Source: an uncultured Thermoleophilia bacterium (GTDB lineage Bacteria > Actinomycetota > Thermoleophilia > RBG-16-64-13). From it: a stretch of DNA of 64,000 nt. The position numbers and the translations under genes were made by a program. Every line of letters starts with the position of its first letter. Within the stretch, counting starts at the first letter, position 1. The stretch is from contig CAVVNF010000021.1 of NCBI GenBank assembly GCA_963749535.1, forward strand, positions 3,413-67,412. The letters run 5' to 3'. Below, one piece after another: positions 57,640-64,000 of this stretch. The notes under the pieces were generated by a model that was not told where the DNA came from, did not search any database, and saw only the letters and a list, made by a program, of their open reading frames with translations.

Positions 57640-58272
57640 CTACCAGGACGTATCGCCTGGGTTGGGTACAGCTAGGGGAAGGGGGATTTCGGCCTCTGCA
57701 GGCGTGGCAGTCTGAAGCAGCGGTAGCCCGTCATGCTGGTGAATCGCGGGCGCCCTCGGCAAGACGCGGACGGACGACGTTAGCGCCATCGGGCGTTTTG
57801 AGGGCGCGTTGTGGCGTGCTGCCAGAGGGCGAAGGATAGGGCCGCGGAGGCATTTGGCCTGCGGTTCTGCCGTGCCGGGCTTCCCTCGAATCACGCCCCT
57901 GTTGTCGGCAAGCCCCTGCTCTGGGCACGCCCTTGGCGTGCCGGCTGAGCGTTCCCGGTGCTCCCCGCCGGATAATTCGCCCGGGTCGGCATCAGCGGGT
58001 CGAGCCATCAGGTCCTGAAAGCGCTGAGCCATTTTCTCCTGCTCAGCGTCCTGCGCCGCGCGCACCCGGGAAGCCGCCTCGTCGAGGGCCAGCTTCTTTC
58101 GCTGGGCAGTCGCAAGCAGGCCGTCGATCGTGACCGGTGCCTGGTCCTTGGCCGCCTCCTTCAGTATCTCCAGCACTTCCTCCTGAAGCGACCGCTGGTT
58201 GTAGGCCGCGCGGCTGCGGAGTCCGCGGGCAACGTCGTCGGGCACGTTCTTGATGGAGAGGTTGACGGGCAT
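57640..58272 (-). CDS. ribbon-helix-helix (Arc/FitA/VapB-like) DNA-binding protein with a long non-native-looking tail
   Basis: The N-terminus MPVNLSIKNVPDDVARGLRSRAAYNQRSLQEEVLEILKEAAK is a typical RHH antitoxin/repressor motif. The remaining ~160 aa are Ala/Arg/Pro-rich and match no recognisable fold, so the true stop may lie earlier. Confidence 0.55.
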   Translation of the reverse strand: MPVNLSIKNVPDDVARGLRSRAAYNQRSLQEEVLEILKEAAKDQAPVTIDGLLATAQRKKLALDEAASRVRAAQDAEQEKMAQRFQDLMARPADADPGELSGGEHRERSAGTPRACPEQGLADNRGVIRGKPGTAEPQAKCLRGPILRPLAARHNAPSKRPMALTSSVRVLPRAPAIHQHDGLPLLQTATPAEAEIPLPLAVPNPGDTSW

Positions 58273-58441
58273 GCGGGTTGCTCCTCTCTGACTCCCTCAA
58301 TCGGTTCGTTCTTGTCGATTGTAGCCTGGACATCGGCTGCTCGGCGTCGTCGATGAGGCTGCGGGAGCCGAGGCATGGTTGCGAACAATACATCCAAAAC
58401 GGCCTGGCGCCGCGCCTCGGGTCAGAAGGTCTTCTCAGCCT

Positions 58442-59173
58442 CTAGCCTGAAACTGTACTCGGAGGCTCTCCACCAGGGTACGTGACCACCGGGCACAGCT
58501 TCAGAAGCTTTCGTATCTGCTCGAGCTCACTCGGTTCCATGGCTTCCTGCGGTCGGTTGGCGATCCCGTCGAGGAGTTGATTGAGCAGGGTGGTCGAACG
58601 ACCCGCAGTGACGAACTGACTCAACCCCATGACGTGGGCGATGTCCTCGGCCCACCACACAGCATGCAGTGCCCAGGCCACCTGTTCGGAGTCGACATCG
58701 GGGCGGATAGAGCCCTGCGCCTTTCCTTCCTCCACGGTGTTTGCGACCGACCGGATCATCTCGAGTTGCTTCACTGCCTGGGCTTCCCGAAGTCCAGCCT
58801 CTCGCGGGGCAGCGAGGAACTCGACGAAGGGATACACGAACGTCCCCTGATCCGAGGAGATGAGATCCGAGTGAACGTGACCCATGGCGCGCAGCCGCTC
58901 GAGCGCGTCGGGCTTGTCGGATGACTCGAGAACCAATTGCCGGATGCGCTGGTAGAGCGAATCAAGGGCGGCAAGCAACACCTGGTTCCTGTCGTCGAAG
59001 TGCCGGTAAAGGGCCGCGGGGGTGATCCCAGCCGCTTGCGCGATGCGGGCGTTGGTGGTCCCCTGGACGCCCTCCGTCGCCAGCAGATCGAGGGTGGTCT
59101 CAGCGATCTGGCGTTTTCTCTCTATTCCTGTCATCCGGGCCATGGCGCCTACCAGTCTACCCTGTTGAGTCAT
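58442..59173 (-). CDS. TetR/AcrR family transcriptional regulator
   Basis: 243-aa ORF with an N-terminal HTH (RKRQIAETTLDLLATEGVQGTTNARIAQAAGITPAALYRHFDDRNQVLLAAL). Confidence 0.85.
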   Translation of the reverse strand: MTQQGRLVGAMARMTGIERKRQIAETTLDLLATEGVQGTTNARIAQAAGITPAALYRHFDDRNQVLLAALDSLYQRIRQLVLESSDKPDALERLRAMGHVHSDLISSDQGTFVYPFVEFLAAPREAGLREAQAVKQLEMIRSVANTVEEGKAQGSIRPDVDSEQVAWALHAVWWAEDIAHVMGLSQFVTAGRSTTLLNQLLDGIANRPQEAMEPSELEQIRKLLKLCPVVTYPGGEPPSTVSG

Positions 59174-59270
59174 TCCCCGTCCAATGGTCGGTATAAGTGA
59201 CTCCTAAGTCATAATTACAAAAGTCTAGTCGCTCTATTATGGGATAATCTCCCTAATAATCAGCAAATAC

Positions 59271-59314
59271 ACGATATAGTGGGGATTGACCTTTGGGGAT
59301 TGTTAGTATATCGT
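59271..59314. promoter_or_regulatory. candidate TetR operator/promoter in an AT-rich divergent intergenic region
   Basis: ACGATATA (59271-59278) and TATATCGT (59307-59314) are exact inverted repeats. They bracket a direct repeat GGGGATTG (59281-59288 and 59295-59302). TTGACC (59286-59291) with a 17-nt spacer to TATCGT is a possible plus-strand promoter for the small ORF at 59461. Confidence 0.35.
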
Positions 59315-59460
59315 TAGTAACAATAAATCAGGATGCCGAACGTAGGCAGCCGGTTTGCTCTGTTTCCAAGTATCGGCTAGGGGCAGAGAGGTGGGGCAGC
59401 TTTGCCCGAATGGGCACACGCCCGGTCTATCCAGTCTATTTAGACGGAAGGAGGTAGATC

Positions 59461-59559
59461 ATGACAGGCTTTATCGTACTCATGGCCGCGGCAGCAGCGG
59501 GCGCTGCCCTCGTGGCTTTCTTTACTTTGCACGACACGTGGTTGAGCAGAGGGCTCTAA
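59461..59559 (+). CDS. 32-aa hydrophobic small protein, paralogue 2 (not in the ORF track)
   Basis: ATG preceded by a strong RBS (GGAAGGAGGTAGATC). It encodes MTGFIVLMAAAAAGAALVAFFTLHDTWLSRGL, then TAA. It is divergent from the TetR gene. Confidence 0.65.
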   Translation: MTGFIVLMAAAAAGAALVAFFTLHDTWLSRGL

Positions 59560-59588
59560 ACTTAAGTTCCTTACGCTGGGTCGTCGGG

Positions 59589-59965
59589 TCAACTAGTCCC
59601 GGGCGCGTGGCTCTGAAGGATGGCAAACGCGCTCTCGGCGGGTGCATTGTAGGCTGCGATCGACTTCTCCTGCACCCCCTGGCGTCGTGGTAGGTGATGT
59701 CGAGCACCTGCATCGCGCCAAGGTGGCCCGGGTGAGGTAAGAGCTTCACCGAGATGATCGAGGCATAGGGGATCTCGAAAGAGGCGTCTCCCCGTCGCCG
59801 CCTGAGAAGAGGAAAGCCAGACTTTCGACTTCCCCTAAGGGAATGCTCGGTGAGTTCGATCAGAAAGACGTTCTGCCATTGCCACTTGAATACAGCGTAG
59901 GGTCCATCGCACACCGAGACGCCGAAAGGCCCGAAGCTGAGAAGCGACTGTTCCGTGTCCACCAT
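59589..59965 (-). pseudogene. hypothetical small protein (possibly PH/GRAM-like), one frameshift at a C5/G5 run
   Basis: MVDTEQSLLSFGPFGVSVCDGPYAVFKWQWQNVFLIELTEH...MQVLDITYHDA in ORF 59522..59986. After the homopolymer at 59675-59679, a second frame reads GVQEKSIAAYNAPAESAFAILQSHAPGTS, then TGA (59589-59591). Confidence 0.5.
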
Positions 59966-60236
59966 GCAGACCTCCCTGCTGGACATCCACGCGGGCCATC
60001 GACCCTGATTTTGTCCGCCTCACTTAGTGCCCTGCATGCACTCCTTTGGATCGATGGCCCCCAGGCTCTCGAGGAGAAGATGAGCGGGTCACATCCCTGT
60101 CCCTCGTATTGCTCTGGGCAACTCGCCGACGCCGCGGCCAGGCACCGCAAGCCATGGGACTTTGGTTGTGGCGAGGTCCCGTATGGCTCGGCGAGAACGG
60201 CGGGGCCGAGGGATTATTTCAACCAGGGGCACTGAG

Positions 60237-60521
60237 TCAGGCATCCATGGAAAGGAACTCGTCGATGACCTCCGGCTTGACGTCGGAGCGGTCGCCAGCC
60301 CAGCCGATGAGTTCCCGCAACTCGGTGGAGTCCGCGAATTTCCGGGCTTGTTCCACATTCTCAAATTCAAGGAGAGCCACAAGGAGCGTAGAATCCGCCG
60401 GATCGCGGAAGAGACGGGCACCCTTGGACCCGCCTGCGCGACGCCGACCGGCGTCTGACTCAAAAATCTCCTTCAACTGGTCGACGTTCTTCACCTTGTG
60501 ATGAATCAAGACATACGGCAT
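60237..60521 (-). CDS. small alpha+beta (ABM/Dabb-like) protein, hypothetical
   Basis: Start placed at ATG 60521 (MPYVLIHHKVKNVDQLKEIFESDAG...LLVALLEFENVEQARKFADS). The size and pattern resemble a ferredoxin-like-fold stress or monooxygenase-type domain. Confidence 0.5.
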   Translation of the reverse strand: MPYVLIHHKVKNVDQLKEIFESDAGRRRAGGSKGARLFRDPADSTLLVALLEFENVEQARKFADSTELRELIGWAGDRSDVKPEVIDEFLSMDA

Positions 60522-60966
60522 TACTCCACCTCTCTCGCGAACCGATTGGAGTCCTCGCATCTCGTGAGTGCGCCAACACGCCGCATATATACCAGATTGA
60601 TCGGTCCAGCAAAACAGTGCAGATCCTCGCGAAGGCTACCTTGTCGAAGCCCGCGCCGCGGCGCTCTCGTCGCTGAGAGCCTTCCCCGTGGTCGAGCCTG
60701 CAGCTACCGCAAAGGGGCCTGCGGCCTTTTTGGTCGGAGTCGTGCGTCGAAGCCTATGTGGTCGCCGCGCAGCCCTCCCCGCAGACCGAGCATTGGGAAA
60801 TCGACATGGGGCAACCGGCTAGGGATCGAAACTGGCTCACGCCGGCCGCTCACATCCCGATCACGAGCCCGGTGCAAGTCAGTTCGCCAAACAGGCAGTC
60901 TTCTCGCAGGAGTTATGCGCCGTCTTCTCGCAGAAATCCGTCGATCTCCTGGCCGCCGGGCCCGGC

Positions 60967-61638
60967 TCATTCTTTCACCGCCCTCCTGCCCATGCGAATA
61001 GAGATGTACATCACCACTCCGGCGACGGTGACAAAAAACAGCACCATCCACAGGGCCGACCCATAACCTCCTTCCATCGATTTGGAATAGATGGCCATAG
61101 GCATGGTTTGAGTCTTGCCGGGCCAGTTCCCTGCCACCATGATCGTCGCGCCGAATTCGCCCATAGCTCGGGCGAAGGCCAAGGTTGCGCCGGCGACTAT
61201 CCCCTGCCAAGAGAGAGGGATGACCACCCGCAGCGCAGTCTGGAACTCGGACCGGCCAAGCATGTAGGAGGCGTTGACAAGTTCCTGGTCGACATCCGCC
61301 ATTGTGGCCCGAGCAGTGATCAACATGAGCGGGAAGGATACGACGAACGACGCGATCACGGCGGCATACCAGGTAAAGACAATGCCCAGATAGTGTCCCG
61401 TGATGGCGTGGAACAAGTGGCTGAGCGGATAATTCTTGCCCAGCAGAAGCAGCAGCAAGTAGCCGGTCACCGTCGGTGGAAGGACCATGGGCAAAAGTAA
61501 CAGCAGGGTTACGACGTCCTTCCCCCTGAAACGCTTTCGGGCCAGCACGTAGGCGACGGGGATGCCCACGAGCAAAGTGACCAGGGTGGCGCAGGTCGCC
61601 ACCTGCAGCGAAAGACGTAAAGGAAAGAGCACGCCCAT
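60967..61638 (-). CDS. modB: molybdate/tungstate ABC transporter permease
   Basis: 223-aa ORF with a CysTW/ModB-type EAA loop (ASYMLGRSEFQTALRVVIPLSWQGIVAGATLAFARAMGEFGATIMVAGN). Confidence 0.85.
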   Translation of the reverse strand: MGVLFPLRLSLQVATCATLVTLLVGIPVAYVLARKRFRGKDVVTLLLLLPMVLPPTVTGYLLLLLLGKNYPLSHLFHAITGHYLGIVFTWYAAVIASFVVSFPLMLITARATMADVDQELVNASYMLGRSEFQTALRVVIPLSWQGIVAGATLAFARAMGEFGATIMVAGNWPGKTQTMPMAIYSKSMEGGYGSALWMVLFFVTVAGVVMYISIRMGRRAVKE

Positions 61639-61798
61639 CTAGCCTCCGATAACGCGCTGCGATCGCGGGGTCACGGCCAACATCAGATCGACGGCAGTAC
61701 AGTGCCCGCTCTCTGGCCCGAACAAGCGAAGAACCGGGGAGAGAGCAACCGGTCAATCCGGCGCTCTCTCCCCGGTGTCTGGCGTGAGCTAGCCGTCG

Positions 61799-63046
61799 CT
61801 ACTGACCAAAGCCCCCGAACTTGAGGAACCCGTACTTATGCAGGATCGCCTGACCATAGGGGCCGTTGACATAGTCGCAGAACGCCGTCGCCAAGGCCTG
61901 GTGCTTGCTTTCCGTGAGAGTCGCGATCGGATAGACGATCGTGCTATACCAGGTGGGTGAAGCCACGGCCACGATCTTCACCTTGCTGCCGGCGCCGTAC
62001 GCCTCGGTGTTGAAGAGGATGCCTGCGTCCACTTCGCCGGAGACCACCCACTGCGTAGCCGTCGCCACGTTGGGAGCGTATATCACCTTGGGCTTGACTT
62101 GGCTAAAGATGCCGAGCGTGTGGAGGATCTGTTCTGCATATACTCCGTTAGGCGCGACCGCAGGGTCTGCGTAGCCCACCTTCTTCACACTCGATTTGGT
62201 CAGATCCAGGAAGCTCGTGATCCCCAACGTTGAGTTAGCCGGCACCACCAGGCACATCTGGTTGCTGGCGAAGTACCTGACGGAACTCGGCACTGCGAGA
62301 TTCTCCTTCAGCAGAGCGTTGACTTGCGTCAGGGCTGCCGAAGCGAAGGCATCCACGTAGGCGCCGGCCTCGATCTGTTTCTGCAAAGTGCCCGAGGCGT
62401 CGAAGTTGAAGGTGGTCGCCGAGTGGTGTGACTTGTCGAACGCCGCCCCTATCTCGGTGAAGGCCGCCGTGAGGCTGGACGCGGCCGATATCTTCAACTC
62501 TGTCTTTGGCTGGGTTCGCAGCGTGTAGAGCATCCAGGCGACTTCACCGCGGGTGGCGTTACCCGTGGATTGCCAGCCGGCCGGGGTACTGCCGGAGCCC
62601 CCCGCTCGCTCCACCATGGTGAGCACCTGGGCCCGGGTGATGTAGGCGAGCGGTGCGAAATGATAGGTGTCCGTGCCTTCGGTGTAGCCATCGGCGGCGG
62701 CGGCGGCCACATAGCCGCTCGGATATGGCCAGGCGCTGGCCACGTCCCAGAAGTGGTTCTGCGCTGCCGGCAGAGGACTCTGTCCCAGCGAAAGGACGAT
62801 CATCTTGGCGAACTGCTGCCTGGTGACCGGGTTGTTGGGACCGAAGTTGCCGTTGGCATATCCACTGATGATGCCGCTGGCGGCCAGGTTGGTGATAGCG
62901 GTGTGGTAGGGATTGGAGCTGGGAACGTCCGGGAAGCTGGTGGTGGCAGCGAAGCTTGTCGAGACGGCTAGGCCCATGATGAGAATGGCTAGCAACGCGG
63001 TGACGATGACTAATGCAACGGGATACCTGAACAGTCTTTTGCGCAT
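61799..63046 (-). CDS. modA: SLH-domain-anchored molybdate/tungstate-binding protein (SLH x2 + ModA)
   Basis: 415-aa ORF. A signal/TM segment is followed by two SLH-like motifs (FPDVPSSNPYHTAITNLAASGIISGY; FWDVASAWPYPSGYVAAAAADGYTEG). A ModA-type domain follows (LKISAASSLTAAFTEIGAAFDK...FNFDASGTLQKQIEAGAYVDAFASA...ADPAVAPNGVYAEQIL). Confidence 0.8.
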   Translation of the reverse strand: MRKRLFRYPVALVIVTALLAILIMGLAVSTSFAATTSFPDVPSSNPYHTAITNLAASGIISGYANGNFGPNNPVTRQQFAKMIVLSLGQSPLPAAQNHFWDVASAWPYPSGYVAAAAADGYTEGTDTYHFAPLAYITRAQVLTMVERAGGSGSTPAGWQSTGNATRGEVAWMLYTLRTQPKTELKISAASSLTAAFTEIGAAFDKSHHSATTFNFDASGTLQKQIEAGAYVDAFASAALTQVNALLKENLAVPSSVRYFASNQMCLVVPANSTLGITSFLDLTKSSVKKVGYADPAVAPNGVYAEQILHTLGIFSQVKPKVIYAPNVATATQWVVSGEVDAGILFNTEAYGAGSKVKIVAVASPTWYSTIVYPIATLTESKHQALATAFCDYVNGPYGQAILHKYGFLKFGGFGQ

Positions 63047-63273
63047 TGGACCCCTCCGAGCGTGGTACCATCGAAAGTATTATATTGTCGTGAGTATAAC
63101 GATTCGGCTTGAAGACAGCAAGTTCATGCGGACGCGGTCAACGGAAGTCTTGAGGCAGCCGAGCGAGCAAACCGCAATCGCGGAGCGACGGGAGTCTCTT
63201 ACGTTATGATTGCGTGTAGCGAGGTAGTTCGGCAGCTGCGCCGCCAAGGCCGGCCGGAGGAGGTTGTATCAGG

Positions 63274-63766
63274 ATGCGGGTCATGAAACGAGCGAGAGTC
63301 CGACTTGTGCCACTCGGCGTGCTCGTGGTGACGCTCATCGTGATGGGAGCGGGCTGCGGAGGATCGTCGACCAACACGACTGTGGCCCCAGCGCCTTCGA
63401 TTCCCTCCCTCCCTGCCCCTGCTAATGCAGACACCATCGCCGCGAATTACGTGATGTTCTTCGACGGCACCCAACCCGTCGCCAATAAGATCGGGTTGCT
63501 TGAGAACGGCCAGCAGTATGCACAACAGCTTGAAGCCCAAGCCGCCTCACCGCTGGGGAAAACGGTATCGATCACCATCTCCTCGGTCACCATCACGTCG
63601 TCCACCACGGCAGCGGTCAAGTTCTCCATCCTCGGTCAGCGGCAAACCGGCTTTCCCCGACCAGACGGGGAAGGCGATACTGCAGGATGGCGTATGGAAA
63701 GTCGGGGCAGACACCTTCCTGGCCTTGCTGGCGCTGGAACAGGGATCCACTACGCAGTCCAGCTAG
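63274..63766 (+). pseudogene. hypothetical lipoprotein (one frameshift as assembled, ~63633)
   Basis: Signal peptide and lipobox (LVVTLIVMGAGCGGS). The body runs to KFSIL in ORF 63274..63930, then continues in the frame of 63500..63766 (VSGKPAFPDQTGKAILQDGVWKVGADTFLALLALEQGSTTQSS). Confidence 0.55.
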
Positions 63767-63793
63767 AAACCGCAGATGACCCCCGGAAGGCCC

Positions 63794-64000
63794 CTACAGG
63801 CGAACCGCCTTCCAGCAGCGGCACGACATGGGCACAGAAACCATCTCGCCATCGGCCCCCGCGAAGTGAGAGTCGAGGAAACGGCGGGCACGAGCCAGCA
63901 CCTCGGCCCGCTCCTCAGGCGGGAGGATGATGACCGAGCTAAACGTGCCCAAGGCACCGAGCAGGTTATGTACGTTCGTTCTCCCCGTCCAGGGAATAGT
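63794..64000 (-). CDS. C-terminal fragment of a probable SAM-dependent methyltransferase (5' end outside window)
   Basis: Open frame from the window edge to TAG 63794-63796. It reads TIPWTGRTNVHNLLGALGTFSSVIILPPEERAEVLARARRFLDSHFAGADGEMVSVPMSCRCWKAVRL, a pattern typical of the C-terminal segment of small class I MTases. Confidence 0.4.
   Translation of the reverse strand, partial: TIPWTGRTNVHNLLGALGTFSSVIILPPEERAEVLARARRFLDSHFAGADGEMVSVPMSCRCWKAVRL

Noticed and set aside
57200-57990. PIN/VapC toxin downstream of the RHH gene.
   Set aside because: I translated all three minus-strand frames. Only vague resemblance to a VapC C-terminus appears in the tail of the RHH ORF, and there is no conserved acidic quartet or LLDTNV-type start.
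60561-60966. modC ATPase remnant after modB, and a weak GGCC hairpin with a T-run at 60711-60731.
   Set aside because: No Walker or signature motifs appear in any frame. The hairpin has only a 4-bp G:C core plus A:U and G:U pairs, which is too weak to call a terminator.
1-64000. CRISPR arrays, tRNA/rRNA genes, IS elements, integrases and prophage genes.
   Set aside because: I scanned the intergenic regions by eye. I saw no spaced direct-repeat arrays, no cloverleaf-like tRNA sequences, no rRNA-like conserved stretches and no transposase or integrase motifs. A dedicated tool (tRNAscan, Infernal, CRISPR finder) should confirm this.

Overview
High-G+C, gene-dense bacterial chromosomal window, mostly transcribed on the minus strand. 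I saw no rRNA, tRNA, CRISPR array, transposase or integrase. Cell-envelope genes (SLH-domain protein, LCP family, Lgt, split MprF) suggest a monoderm-type organism, and the metabolic genes suggest an anaerobe that handles C1/methyl groups. Main blocks: (i) 0.1-6 kb: methyltransferase, SDR, a multiply frameshifted ERG4/ERG24 sterol-reductase-like gene, and a DUF1638-like/PAS/GGDEF cyclase coupled to a truncated corrinoid-protein/URO-D chimera. (ii) 7.2-12 kb: VOC / Zn-ADH / zinc-ribbon / split transketolase / epimerase operon. (iii) 12.2-21.1 kb: Liv-type ABC transporter, URO-D-family methyltransferase, two corrinoid proteins and a GntR/HutC regulator. (iv) 23-30 kb: envelope genes. (v) 30.5-34.6 kb: Fur-family regulator (putative Zur) with a metal ABC transporter. 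(vi) 40.8-55.3 kb: the standout. Eleven minus-strand genes, mostly joined by 4-nt start/stop overlaps, combine a MetF/MetV-HdrCBA-MvhD module, including a 1528-aa double HdrA carrying an embedded GltD/NfnB-like NAD(P)H module, with a disassembled glutamate-synthase-like set (amidotransferase, GXGXG and two ferredoxin-fused FMN-domain paralogues). (vii) 57-60 kb: two paralogous 32-codon hydrophobic ORFs not in the ORF track, next to an RHH gene and a TetR gene. (viii) 61-63 kb: modB plus an SLH-ModA fusion. Caveat: roughly 30 apparent +/-1 frameshifts and one in-frame TAG interrupt otherwise well-conserved genes, and they are unevenly distributed. I cannot tell assembly error from real gene decay using sequence alone. 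All functional calls rest on motif and family recognition by eye; no searches were run.
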